Assembly (NCBI GenBank): GCA_036867785.1
Contig: CP145423.1
Span: 1 to 64,000, forward strand
Direction: 5' to 3'
Source of the DNA: Plasmodiophora brassicae
Lineage: Eukaryota
Length of the DNA stretch: 64,000 nucleotides
Below the pieces are notes generated by a model. The model searched no databases. It was not told the origin of the DNA and was given only the letters and a program-made list of their open reading frames with translations. Position numbers and translations under genes: made by a program. Positions 1 to 13,400 of the stretch are shown piece after piece; the first letter of the stretch is position 1, and each line of letters begins with the position of its first letter.

Positions 1-328
1 AAACCCTAAAACCCTAAACCCTAAAACCCTAAAACCCTAAAACCCTAAAACCCTAAAACCCTAAAACCCTAAAACCCTAAAACCCTAAAACCCTAAAACC
101 CTAAAACCCTAAAACCCTAAAACCCTAAAACCCTAAAACCCTAAAACCCTAAAACCCTAAAACCCTAAAACCCTAAAACCCTAAAACCCTAAAACCCTAA
201 AACCCTAAAACCCTAAAACCCTAAAACCCTAAAACCTAACCCTAAAACCCTAAAACCCTAAAAAACCCTAACCCTAAAAAACCCTAAAACCCTAAGCCCC
301 TAAAACCCTAAAACCCTAAAAAACCCTA
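1..328. repeat. Telomeric array (CCCTAAAA)n / (TTTTAGGG)n
   Basis: About 40 tandem CCCTAAAA units from base 1. They are near-perfect to about 230, then degenerate (CCCTAA, CCCTAAAAAA, CCTAAGCCCC). The C-rich strand lies at the 5' end, as expected for a left chromosome end. Confidence 0.98.
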
Positions 329-1747
329 TACAAGGCCTCGCGGATGTATCCGCGCTGAATCCATTTTCGGCCCAGTGGTTGGCAGTACCCTGTTCAGCAG
401 TTCCGATTCAGCCGTAGCCTGGGGAACTGTTTTCACGTTTATGCACTTATCGATGATGATTCTGTCGAAGTCCTTCGACCGTTCGTCGTTTGACACTGTG
501 GCGCAAACTTTCCTCGACGCTTGTGCCCGGCTGGAAACGGTGATTCCCGGCAAGCTGTTGACCATATCGGTACGTGCCCGTTGAGTATCGTATATGTATA
601 CTCATTGCCACACTGTTGCTGTTCAGATGCATTCGCTGATCCACCTTCCGGAAGTCATTCGCCAATGGGGCCCTATTTCTGGGTTCGCTTGGACGTATTC
701 AGTGGAACGGTGGATCAAGAGGATGAAGTCGATCCTGACATCTACGCAAGGGTTGACCATGAACATCGCCGGCAACCTTCAGCTGATCTCCGCAGCAGCG
801 TTGCTGAGGCTGGACTTACACGAACGGTACACGTTCGACAACGACAACCCACATTTGTTCGGGTGCCCGGACTCGTTTCCGGTGTCGTTACCGATTGTGT
901 TCCAAGGCCATATCAAGTCCTACGTCCTGAATGATATGGAGCGTGCGTGGCTGCATGCGACACTGATCGACGAGGAGCAATGGCCCACCATTTGGAACCA
1001 TCCATGGAGGCGCCAGTACGTGCTCCTCGTCAAGCAGTTCGAGCGTTCCACTGGAATTCTGATTTCGTCCTATCATCACGTCAAGTGCCAGCTCTCCAAC
1101 TTTGACGCATTCTGCCAGACTGGAGACATTCAGCGGCAGTTCCAAGGTCTATGTCTTCCAAGTCGCCTGGATTGCTGTGATCGTCTTCTCGTTGGTACGT
1201 GTGTCTTATGGCGAATGTTGCTGTTAATCAGATTTAACCGTTGCAGATCTTAGGCGCGTGTCTCTTCCGAACGCAGGATGCTGATACCTCCTACCAGAAG
1301 TCGAGCAATTGTCACTTCTTGACGAACTTCACTGACGACGGCCTCTACCTTGGAACAGCCGCGATGTTCTGCATGCTGGAACTACCGTATCACGATGACC
1401 ATGGCCAATCTGACATTTTCCCTATTATCCGCGTTTCCGCCTGGAAGAAGCTCAAGCGCGTTGGGGGCCTTGTCGGTGGGAGACTGCCACAGTATATCAG
1501 AGGTTCACTCAATCTTTGTTGATGTCTCTCATGTATTGAGTTGTACAATTGTTCAGGAAATCCTATCCGTCCTGGTGATGACGAATCGCCATGGGTTGCT
1601 GCCGATGAGATCGAAAGCAACAATGTGGTCCTTGTTTCCTGCCAAATTCCATATGATGGCCGTCGTGTTCACGCTAAACTCGTCTGCGTAGTTCCTCGTG
1701 GCAACATGGCACCGGGCTGTCTATATTCGACAGTGCCCAACGAATAA
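329..1747 (+). mobile_element. 5'-truncated CACTA/EnSpm-like transposase remnant (DUF4218-like C-terminal region)
   Basis: QMHSLIHLPEVIRQWGPISGFAWTYSVERWIKRMK matches the HL..I..xGP....W.Y..ER motif of CACTA-type transposases. There is a GT-AG intron at about 570-627. It is homologous to the minus-strand copies at about 54 kb and 62 kb. Confidence 0.7.
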
Positions 1748-3202
1748 ACCAAGTGGGTAACGTTCTGCACGGCGCGTCTGACCTTCACAATCGTAGCGCC
1801 TGAGAGGGCGCGCCTTTCGCGGTGCCGGCTCGGTATTTACCACCAGTGCACCTTTCTGTTCCGTCCCGAGGGTGCGTCTCCACCACACGATTGTTGAATA
1901 CGGGCCCGATGCTGCACCTCCGCCACACACTGACAAGGTGGCGCGCGATCCAAATTCCGATCCGGGCCCCAATACCGACGACTACTTGGCACACGCGTCC
2001 TCATTCTTCAAATGCCGTCACCGGGTTACCAACAGTTTGTCGGGCGAGGGCCCCACCAGCCCCGGACGCCGGAACGCAAGGCGCTGTGTGCCTGGTTTCC
2101 GAGCGTGTATGCTAGGTACTGCTCCTGTGTGCGTGTGTATCCGAAATCGACGACGCTCATTACTCCCGTCTTTCAGTATTTACACTTCAGGGCAGCGAGA
2201 GATCAACGATCCGGTTAAGAACGCGATCCTACACCAGAGGATCCTGTCGGAAGGGCCTGTGCGGTTGGGTTTGCCCGCCGAAGACTGGACCTTGGAGGAC
2301 ACTCGTCAGCGTATGTCGACCATGTAGAATTTCACGTTAGAGTCGTTCTAATTTGTCGAAGTCATCAAACAACATCGGAGGTCACTTCACCGGAAGTTGG
2401 GTCAAGTTCGTCGGCGAAACTCATCAGCTGCGGCGTCTGACCGTCCGCGGTGCAATGCTATTTTCAAAGATCTTTCACGTACGTCGAGCACTTTCGTCTC
2501 TGGGGACTAATTTGATAACGGTCTATTTGATGTGCAGTTGAAGATGATCACTTGTTCAACTTCTTGGCACAGATACGAAACGAGTTCGTCAATATGGCGG
2601 AACAGCCCATTTTCGCCAGCTTTCGTTCGGTATTTTCAGAGGCCATCAAGAGGGCGCTGCGAGACGCGGTACGTATTCGATGGTTCTGACGACCCCATTA
2701 TTTACAATGTAATGGATGCAGTCCCATTATCAAGGGGCGCAGCAGCATGGCCAAAATCGTACGCAACGACAACGGTAACATCATATGTTGCATCATTGCT
2801 TTATGTATGAATTTAGGTGGAATTGCGGGCAGGCGCGTTGGAGGGTACGGCCGCTTTTGTTGGCGTCCAGTCTGTTGTATCATCTGATCAGAATTGCAGA
2901 TTATAGAACACGAGGATGTACGAGGGCGGCGGGTATGCAACGTACGAAACTTGTTCCACTTGCCGATCCTTACGGCACGTCGACGTCGCGGTCGGGTGGA
3001 TCGGCGCCCATCAAGAAACAGTTACAATAAACCATTCGTTGATTCTATTCTGTTGTAGCGAGAATATCAAATACGATAGTGTCTCAATGCCTGGGTACCA
3101 TTCCATTCTATTACTATACCGGTAGGGAGAGCAAAAAACCATACGATGTTTTTTGGAAGAACGTCCGTTGAGCGCATTTTTTGCAAAATCGGGTCCCGAA
3201 AT

Positions 3203-3242
3203 CGGCACCAAATTGGCACTACCTAGTGCCAATTTGGTGTCG
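3203..3242. repeat. Hairpin with 19-bp arms centred on CACTA-cc-TAGTG
   Basis: cggcaccaaattggcacta-cc-tagtgccaatttggtgtcg, one mismatch. Further GGCAC/GTGCC motifs occur at about 3247-3299. Confidence 0.85.
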
Positions 3243-4294
3243 TCAAGTGCCAATAAAGGGCTGACGGGCTAATCCACGGGATGGCACTAATTTGGCACTT
3301 CTATTTTTCCAGTGCACGTCGGCCTACTGAAGAAGCTCGACCAGCTGCAGAAGTCGGCCGTCGCCCTGTTCTTCGGTGGATACCGCCGCCGCATCGGCTC
3401 GTCCCTGATGCTCCGGTACGCTGGGCTCGTGCCCGCCGCCGCCCGCCATGCCAAGCTGCGCGCCCGGTTCGCGTTCAAGTAGGTCACGTGGTCGGAGCAG
3501 ATCAAGGATGGCGATCGCGTCCCGTTCCTTGTCCGCGTCACGCGTTGGGCGCTCATCAACCCGCGCAGCCGATTCAACATGATGCTGAAGGGCTGCAAGG
3601 TCTACGCGGATGCGACGGCCATCTACAGGTTTGGTTTGGTTTGGTTTTATTTGTTTTTCGCGATTTTTTCCTTTTCACGCAGGCGCCTCGGTCTCGAGTC
3701 CGAGGATCGAAGGATCAGCAGCAGAACGCCAACATCCCCCGGCCTGGCAGTGCCGGCCCGTCACCTTTGTACTGGGTTCATCGCGCCTTGGACGATATCG
3801 GAACGGGACGTGATTCGCTCGGACTTGTCGACTGCACTCTTGTCGGACCTCTTTCGCCATACCGCCTATGCCGGGGAGCCGACATACACTTGTTACGGGC
3901 CGTTCCTTTACCTCCCAGACGCTCAAGCGAGACCCCTAATTGCTCTGGCACTTTGGGCTGCCTGATCAGTAAACACCCCTTCAACATTTACGGCTGTTGG
4001 TCACCGGGACTTTTTTGGGGGAGTTCGTGCCTCGAGCTGGGGACCTTGCGGTCCCGCGACTGCTTGCTGACCTGTTGCTAGTACTCCTGACCAGCTAGGC
4101 CACTGGGGCAGCGCCCAAGGCCATCTACAGGAACGGCGAACAGGCACGCGCGATGCGTAACAACGATGAACTCGCCGACGTCGAGGCCAGCCGACCGACA
4201 CGAAAACGCCCACGCCTGCCCGATCGGCAAGACGCACTGCTGAAGGCGCTGCAGGCTGCACACATGGACCGCTGCCAACGCGTCCTGCAAGCTG

Positions 4295-4582
4295 ATGCGC
4301 CTGCAGCTGCAGGCGTACAACCTGCCGTTCCCGGCCGCGTACCACTCAGGCAATGACGCATACGCGGTGGCGTCATGGGTCACAAACCGCATCCCGGGCA
4401 CCAACGCCCAGTGCCGCGCCTGCAATGACAAGAACCTGTCGCGGTACCACATTGCCGCTCGATGTACTGACTCAATGCGCCTGCTCAGACCGATCATCGA
4501 TTGGCGCATCTGGGCGCTACACTTCAACAGGGCCGACACCGGGATCGCCATCGACTACGTGGCCATTCAGCTGCCCGTCTGA
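4295..4582 (+). pseudogene. Possible C-terminal Zn-finger region of a degraded non-LTR retroelement
   Basis: WVTNRIPG..AQCRAC.....SRYHIAARC forms a C-C-H-C pattern. Upstream frames are disrupted. Confidence 0.3.
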
Positions 4583-6110
4583 CGGCGCCGCCCGCCAGCG
4601 AAGCCGCTCGCCTGCACCCTCGCCGGATGCCGGATCCGCGCGACCCGACGTTTCGGCTGAGCGATCGCCAGCGATGCTGGCTGGCCGTCCTGGGCACGTT
4701 CATCCGCGCCGTTGCCGCCCGCTGCATCCGCGGCGAGTCGCTCGCCATCTCCGCTCAGGGCGTCGCTGCGCTTGCTGGCCTGGACGCGACGGTATGGAAC
4801 GAGATCAGCGACGATGAGGAGAACGAGAACGCGCGAGTCGCCGTTGAAGTCGCCGAACATGTCCTCGACGACCCTGCACTGGTCGGGTTCCTGGGCGGTG
4901 CGGACGCAGGACCACCCGGTCGCCCCCGTTGACGATCCCGTGCCGGCCGATCGCGAACACGACGTCGCCGACCCTGCCGGGGGCAGCATTGCGAACGGCG
5001 ACCATGAGGAGGCCGCCATCATGCCCGAAGATGATACCGCCGATCCAGGCAGAGACGCCGCCGCCCGAGCTCGTCGACGCGTCCAGCATCACACGCCGAC
5101 GATGATGATGACGGCCATCGTCCTTCGCTGTATTGCTAACGCCGTCGGTCGGTCGACGGAAGTCAATGCTGGACCGGAGCATGAAGCATGCATGTCGTCG
5201 CACCACGACGCGCCGTCGCCTGCATCGTCGCCCGGCCGTGTCCCGTCGCCACTAGATGGGCACGGTGCGGCCGACTTAGAGCGCCGCGCGCGGTCATGGC
5301 GCCCGCCGTGAATGCGGTGCACTCCGCAGCCACCGCCATTACTCGTCCTGAGCTTCCCAAAGTCTGTTTGTCGACCCAATCTACGACGCTTTGTATTTCT
5401 CACTAATACATTAGAAAAGCCCCTAAAGGTATCGGACACCGTGTTCACACCGTCAACTCAAGCAAGGTTCATACGAGTACGTCACGTGCGTGCCGATATG
5501 GCGAGGTTCAGAGCACATTGTGCATTCGGTGAGATTGCAGGTCGGAATGCTCCCGCCCAGGCCCCAGCGGCCCAGCCAGCCGACTGTCCCCCACGCCCAC
5601 CTAACACACGCCGTGCTGCGTCGGCCGCCCACTTACTACCGTGACGGCGCCCCCGATCCGACGCAGCACGGCGCCCAGCGCCGTCCAACATCAAAACCAG
5701 CGCCCCGCGACCTCCTCGCACGGCGCGCCGAGCACCGCACCGCCGCCGCTCGCCATTCCCGGCTGAGCGGCGCAGTGCGCATCATCATCAGCTGCTCGGG
5801 CGACTGGTCATCGCCTGCCGATCCGGCATCGCACCAGCCTCGCCGGGCGTCGCACGCCTGATCTATTCGCAAGAATACGGTACCGGACCTAATCGTCAAG
5901 AATCACCCCAAAACCACTGGGGCTGCTTGAAAGTGAACACAAACGCATTTGTGTACAGTTATATTTCGAACTGTTTAACTCAGCGTAATATACTATTGTG
6001 GCAACGAACTCACAGATCACATCACCGGAACGAAGTTATCGTCGACCATCTACTCGCGTAGTGTCTGCAATTGGTACAATGAAGCCGCCAGGTAGCGCGT
6101 ACTCGTGTGG

Positions 6111-6145
6111 CCAGAAAGTGTACACTAGCTAGTGTACACTTCTGG
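6111..6145. repeat. Near-perfect palindrome centred on CACTA-gc-TAGTG
   Basis: ccagaaagtgtacactag|ctagtgtacacttctgg, with a single-base bulge. Confidence 0.85.
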
Positions 6146-6565
6146 TCAAGTTCATGTCAGATGTATCGATGTGTATCAAAATGCGTCACGAATGCGTTTC
6201 GAATGCCACACATTCCTGGGTTAGAGCGCACTTTTTGTCACTTCGGCTCACATATGTGCGGAAGTGCCACAACATGCACTTTTCATCACTTCAGTCAGGA
6301 ATTGGCACATTTCAAGCACATGGGCAGCACGCGACGCCATGAATTGAATGTTGTTGGAGTTACTTTGAAGGGCGTATGCGGAATTAACAACTACCGGTTT
6401 CCCAATGAGAGGTATCTGACTAATTAATAAACTATCTCGAAATCAACCAATTCATGTAATGTACTTCCAAATGTACAGTTTCAAGCAGCCCCACTCGCCC
6501 CGGTTGCTCTACGGACTTTTGTTCCAGTTTGCCGTTGTTTTTCGTCGTCGTCATCGTCTCTCGCC

Positions 6566-6785
6566 ATGTCCGATGCGAACGCCGCGTTCGCCTTGTTCAG
6601 GCAGGCGCACGACGACGCCGTGGCGGCGAACAAGGCTCTCAAAGACGTCCGCGACGCCAATCCGGACGACCCACGCCTCCCGGGCCTGAAATGTGACGCC
6701 GCGGCCGCCGACCATTCACGCGACGTTGCCCTGGCCGCCCTCCAGGCCGTTAGTGCCGCCGCCCCGCCCGCCGCCCCACCCGCCG
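6566..6785 (+). CDS. Probable first exon of an unknown gene or pseudogene (Ala-rich helical)
   Basis: GC-rich, coding-like ATG ORF MSDANAAFALFRQAHDD... ending at a gtact donor-like site. Downstream exons were not resolved. Confidence 0.3.
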
Positions 6786-8706
6786 GTACTTCTTGCCTCG
6801 ATTTACGCGTGGCTATATTTTGATAACGCTGGTTGGACTTCTAGAGGACACGACGACCCTCGTAGGCGATTGGTTTCTCGTCGCTGCAAGAAAGACGGTT
6901 GCTCATGTATATGCTTTATTTCGGCGTCCAGGGCCGGATTGGCAACAATTGGGGTCCACTGCTGATAGTTCTCAACGGCGTTATCGCCAACATGCACCCG
7001 CCCTCAGCCGTAGATTTTCGCTGATAATGTTCGCGAACAGTTTTTTGATATTATAGCGCGCAGCCATACCTGTCGGGGACGGTTGGGATCGCAGCGCTGT
7101 TCCTGTTCCTGTTTCGAGTCTGCAATCGCCGTCGTTAAGGGCTGGTGATATTCGACGACGAGCGAAACGCAAATAAATATATCCTGTTGTCTCGCGTCTG
7201 CCGCCCAATGTCACACTAGGGTGTTGAACGCGTTTGAGCCACCGTTAGCTGGAACAAAGGTACCGTTGGAAAGGAGATTAAAAATCAGAAACAGGACGCC
7301 TGTTCGTGGTGCCGTAAGTGCCACTGTTCGTCTGCAATTGCGAAGAACGTGTCGCAATCTGGGCAAGTTGCTGGTTTCACTAAAATCGAAGCTGAACTCC
7401 GCGGGAGTGCGCGAAATGACGCGCGTGGACTCGTTTTGCGCGCCCGGTGCACCATGGACGACGGCACCGCCAGCTGGCTTCTCGTTGTCAGGCAGACGCG
7501 CGCTCGGATGATCAGCCATGAGTAGACAGCGCGTTCCACGACTGCCTCCTGTCCTGTTGGGGTCAGCACGTGATGCGCTGGCGGTAACAGCACATGATCC
7601 GGCGGCGCAGACGCTGTGCCGCATCTGATCCAGGCCTGCGTCCGCTGAACTGCCCCTAGTCATCAACGAGTTCCGCGCCCTGTTCATGGTTCGAACAACC
7701 ACATCTCTGGGGTCAGGCTGCACCTTCACATCCGTCGATCCGATACTCGGTTCTCTCCAGCACCGCATGGCGCAGGTCGTCGACGCCCTGACCTGACCCG
7801 GCTGCCTGTAATGCATGCCTGCTGCCGCGCCGATTCACCTCCGTCCAGCGGCACGGGCCAACGGAGCCAGTACGACCACAACAGGGCGTGCTGGACGCCA
7901 GCCGACGTCCCCGACACGTCTGCGTCATCGCAGTGCTTCTCCGGACAGGTACGAGTCATCGTCTGCTGCACAGTCGCCCTAGGCCTCTGACACGTTGGAA
8001 CAGGACACGTCTTCCGTCGCCTGCGGTCGAAGCGGGGCTGGGAAAACATCGTCCCAGCCTGCTGCTCAGCTGATGCGGCGCCCTGGTCGTCCGACGATCG
8101 CTGCAATCGGTTCTGCGCGCACCTGCCCTGCACCATGCGTCGATGACATCGTGATGATGGCGTGCTGCTGACCAATCAAGGGGCGTTGCCAACATCACCG
8201 TGTGCATTACGAGCGGTGCCTGCCTGCCTGCTCTGCGGCGGCACGCTGCTACAAGCCATCGACGTCCCGCTGCCATCACTGCCGGCGTTTCTTTCAACCA
8301 GAGCCGTGCCATACAAGCAGGTGAGGTTGACACGGCGTCCCAACCGGCGCTGAACGGCCGCGTTCGCTGCAATTGGTGTCGGATGACCGACTGAGGACAA
8401 TGACGTCGTCCCCGTCTGCGTGTGGTCAATGGCAGCTAAGACTCGAAGGGCAGCGCATGCATGTCGGGCGACGCAGCACGCACGTAGGAGAGCTGGTTGG
8501 GCCGACTTCCAGTAAACGCGGTTCAGTCCGTATGTGACCGCTCGAGCTCATGATCTCTGACTTCTACTTCAGTGTGCCGGATGGGGAGAAGGATGTGATA
8601 CAGTTTTGTTTGTACTGCATAGCGAGCGAGACAGTTCAGTTCGGCTGTGTTTACTGCGTTCGCACAGCCATAACCCTGTAGAACAGCAGCCGGAAGAAGC
8701 GCTGCC

Positions 8707-10130
8707 TCAGCAAGCACGCGACAGCCACGTCGGGATAAAGCTGGACGCGACTTGTGTCGCAGAACGCCCAGCCACCTGCTTGACCCAGGACACGTAATGG
8801 CCTTCGTCGTGTCCAGCGACGTGGGCATCACCCTGGTGGTCCACAAGGCCGACCAGCTCAAAGTAGGCGTCTGAGACTTGGACTACCGCCTCTGGCACCA
8901 CGTCCTGTGCAAAGGAGAAATCAGATATTCCAAGGTATCCATCCATGTTCGTTGCCGGGCCCTGCACCTACCACCGTCGTCTTGCGGCGCGCCATCGTCA
9001 CGAGCTGGCCATCCGGACCGCGCTCCCTGACGATGCGGATAGGATCTTGCCTCACGATCATCGCCTGTCCATGCACGACCTGCCCTTTCATCTGGCGCAA
9101 GGTCGTGCAGCGGTGCTCGACATCCCGACCGGAATTGCACGGCCGTTCTGAGGAGCATCTCCTGGTCAGCGTCGTCGTGTGCTCGCTGACCAGCGCCTCG
9201 GCGAGGGTCGTCCGGCCCCGCGAACCACCCAGCATAACAACCGGGAGCTCGCAGGGCGGGCGCCTCGTGGCATGGCCGCACGATGTGCACGTGTCGACGA
9301 CGTGCTCAACGAACCCCACGATCGCCCTCTCGATGGGCTGACCGTTGGACCCGGTGACCGAGTACGACGACATCTGGTGCAACAGCTCCAGCGCGAAGTC
9401 GTCCGCGTCATGCTGTTGACCGGCATCGAATGACCTCGTCGCCCGGTCAGCGTTGCTGATGACCTTGATGAGGTCAACGAGCGTAGCGGATGCCACTTGG
9501 GGATCTTCATGTCGGTTCATCACCTGGTTGTTGAGGTCAACCCAAGGGGCGTGCCCGGAGACACGTTCCCAGCCGGGCAACGCGCGCAAGATCTGCATCG
9601 GTGCAATGGCGTAACAAATCGAACGGCAGACGCCTGCCTCATCATTGTTCGAAATGCCCGCTGGCAGTAACGATCGAGCGTCACGCTGCTCCTAAAAACC
9701 CAGTTAGCATCGACGGTGCCGATAACACAGTGTCCCGCACCTGTGCAGCACGTCGCGTGTTTTCAATCGGTTCGCGGTCGACGTGTGGCACGGGCCGGCG
9801 CGCACGCTTGCCAGGGCGGACGGTCAGTGAAGCAGACGGGACACCGACCGGTGCACGTGGCCTGCTGCGCTTGTTCGCAGGGCCCTTGCTCAATGTCATC
9901 GGCGCAGCCGTCGACGGTTTCTGCGACATCTGCCGGTTAACGATTACACCCAGTCCACTGTACGCTGTAGCAAACTGACCAAACTGGAGCGAAACCTTGT
10001 CGACGATTTCGATGTGTCCGTCGATGTCGCCCTCGGGTAATATCACAGTGACATCCGTTCCGCCATTGTCCATGAACGTCAATTCCGCGACAGCGTCGAC
10101 CTCAGTCCTGCTTAGATAAGGTTGCCCCAA
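8707..10130 (-). CDS. Ubiquitin-specific protease (peptidase C19/USP)-like protein, multi-exon, possibly degenerate
   Basis: Cys-box-like ICYAIAPMQIL (about 9590-9620), the QQHDADDF motif, Zn-finger-like CTSC, and His box YFELVGLVDHQG....EGHYVSWVK (about 8785-8870). The 5' end is uncertain. Confidence 0.7.
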
Positions 10131-10473
10131 ACGGCAGCGTCAGCAGCAAGTTCAAATCTCGGATCAACAAGCATCGTCTACCCGCGCCACTGATATCCGT
10201 CACCGTATACTCTGTGGCTAAGTGCAGGTCAATGTACCGAACAGGTTCTGGTCTCCGGGCCTTCGGTTTGGTCCTATCAGCAGGGGGGACACTGAACAGC
10301 TCCCAGCTTGCAGATCGCATGAACGCAAACGAAACCACATCGCAGCTACTCTGACCATTATAAACTGCCGCGTGATGGAGGCTGACGATGTATACCACGC
10401 TCTGTTGTCGCCCTGCTGCGTGCCCTGAACACATAGAGCTGGATCTTCTCTATGTAGGTGAACCGTGCTGGGT

Positions 10474-13400
10474 TTATTTCTTGGGTTCCCCGTGGAGGTA
10501 GTAGACCCAGGGCGGTACAGTGGCCTGGTCGGCGCCGCCCGTGCATGTAACAACCAGCTTGCCGTTCGTGGGCTGGGCCCCCTGGAACCCGACCTGTATG
10601 CTGACCTCCTTCTTCGTATCGATCGTTTCGCCCTTCTTCCCGATCGTGAACGCCGGATTGTCCACCGTGTAGACGAACTCGCTGCGCTGGCCAAACACGT
10701 TCCTGAACCGGACGGCCTGCGAGGCGCCCGCTGTGATGCTGATGGGGCCCTCCGGTCGTGGCACCGAGCAGTGCCCGTGCAGAGCGCATCGGTACTCGCC
10801 GGCATCCGCCGACGTCACCTTCAGCTCATCGCGGACGTCGTTCAGGCCGGACGGGTCGAACAGGACCGTCACCTGGCACTCCACACCAGTGTCGCCGTTC
10901 GCGTCTGCGCCGGCGCACGTGACCTTCTTGTCCCCGACAACCTCCAGGTCGCGGCAGTCAGACACCCATATCGACATCTGGGCTGCTACCAACCTGGAAC
11001 GCTTGGCCACCGACGAACGAACACTCATATGTGGTCGGCTTCTTCGACCAGGACAGGAATCGGAAGCGCTGGGTGCAGGTCGCGCCGAGGTACGCGTCGA
11101 ACCGCAACGACGCATCGACGGCGGCCGCGTGCGCCTGCAATTCGAGTTCGAGCGGGAAGTCGCCCAGCTCGGGGGACGACAGCGTCAGGCGGACGCGCTG
11201 TGGCCCGGCGGGATGGCGCGCCACGACCAACGGTCGGTACGCGATCGAGACCAGCGTCTCGCGTCGCGCGACGAGGCGTATGGGCAGGCCGCGAACGTCG
11301 ACGTCGGGCGACTCGCACGTGAACGATGTCACCGAGCAATCGCGACTCAGCCTGTTGTCCAGCGACACGGTCGCGAGCGCGCGCTGACGCACAGGCGACT
11401 GCAGAGCGATGCGATCGATGACGCCGGCGTCGGCGGCGACGACCGTCAGGCGGTGCACGAGGTATTCGCCTGGGGGACAACGCATGTCAACACATGATGT
11501 CGGACCTGGTATCGTGTGCCGCCCACCATTGTCGTCGTTGACGAACTTGACGAGGGCGACCGTCGTCCCGGGACGGTACGCGTAGATCTGGAGGCGCACG
11601 TCGCGCGACACGCCCCCGGGGACGCCGACCGAGTCGCCGGCCGTGATCGACACGGTGTCGTCGGGCGGCGACTCGCGCTGGATGTCGATGCGGAACCGCT
11701 GCGGGTCGTGCAGCCAGTTGCGGACGGGCAACGTGTGGGTCGACGCGCACTTGGCCCGCACCTGGCACGCACCGTCCGATTCCAGCGCCGGCGCCTGCGT
11801 CCGACCCTGCAGCCGGTAGGACAGGGCCGACCCGGTCGGCAGCGCCATGAAGAGCGTCCCTCGGTGCAGGTCAGCGGCCGTGGTCAGCGGCGCGTACACG
11901 ACGGCCAGGTTGCAGGTGGCACCGGCGGGCACCTCCAGGTCGGTGGCGGACCACGCCCCGTCGCTGATCACCGGGTGCAGCTGCCACACCGACGTCGACG
12001 TGTTCGTGATCGGCACCTGCACGGTCTGCGACCCACGTACGGCGGCGTCGAACGCCAGGTCGATGGCGGCGTCTGCGGGCGCGTCGACCGACGACCCCGT
12101 GACCTGCACCTGCACCGCACCCGCATCGTTGTCGTCCGGCACGCACCGCAGCGTCTGTCGCAGGTCCAGGCCCGGCACGTCCGGCGCGAACGTGACGTCG
12201 ATCAGCGCGTGGTCGTGCGGGGCGATCACGCCGGTCGCGGGTTCCAGTGCCCACCTGAACAACAACAACGTATCGTCAGCCACCAGGCCGGCGGCCTGCG
12301 ATCGCCCGCGACAACGTACGCCTGAGGGAGCCGCGCCACGTCCCACTGGAACCTGCTGGGCACGTCGCCGATGTTGTCGACCTTGACGCGCTTCGTGAGC
12401 GTGGACCCGGCGATGACGGCGCCGAACGGGACCAGGGTCTGCTCGAGCAGCAGGCCGACGCCATGGCAGGCGCCAGTCAGGTGCAGCAGGTGTTGTCGCA
12501 CGCCCGACGCGTCCAGCTCGACGGCGACGTCGACGGTGAACGGCAGCAGGCGCCCGGTCGGGCGGAACGCGACCGTGAACTCGGCTCGGTCCCGAGGGCG
12601 AATCGTGGTCGTCGCCGGTGACACTGACAGCGCGTCCAGGAGGCGATCGGCGTCCAGGTCGGCCTGCAGGTGCACGGCGACGACCGCCGACTTCACGCTG
12701 TTGTTCGCCAGGGCGAACGTCGACGTCGACGTCTGCCCCGGGCGAAGGGCGCCGATCGGCAGGATGCCGTTGGCGACGTCGACCAGGTCGATGCGGGGCG
12801 CCACGCCTTCGCCGACGACGACCAGGTCGACCTTGTAGAACCCGTTGACGTCGAACTGGACCACGTCGCGGTACGCGGTGAACGCCCGCGGCGTGAACCG
12901 CACCTGGAACGTGGCCGACTCGCCCGGGGCGAGCATGACGGCGGGCGCGCCCTGCACGTCCAGGTGCGCCTGGCGCGTGAACACGAGCTCGATGGAGACG
13001 GACTGTTCCGGTTCGCGATTCGTGACGACCAGCGGGGCCGTATGCGTCACCGGCGTCGCCGACGTGAACACGTAGCGCCTGCCGAACGCGTGCCGGCGCC
13101 AGGAGAAGTCCAGGTGCGGGCGGACGGCCTGGGCGCGCACCCCGATCGTGTACAGGTGCGCGTTGGCCACCCGGCAGCAGACGCGCACGTCGTCCAGGCA
13201 CACCTCCCGGCGCGACTGGAACGCCACCTCGCAGACCTGGTCCTGGCCGGGGCCGATCGTTCCCCGCTGCGGGTGCACCTGGACGACCTTGGTCTGCTCC
13301 AGGGCGGCACGGCGCGACGCCCGGCCCGCGCCCGCCGGCACCAGGACGCTCCAGGCGAAGTCGAACTTGAACTTGCCGTTGTTCGTCAGGCGCAGCGGGC

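Noticed and set aside
1872-3125. Short ORFs downstream of the telomeric transposase
   Set aside because: They may be exons of a second element-borne gene, but no motif or consistent splice model could be supported.
7500-8500. Possible LINE 3' zinc-finger remnant on the minus strand (CPVPTCQ...TRTCP)
   Set aside because: It is too degraded to call; the expected His is missing.
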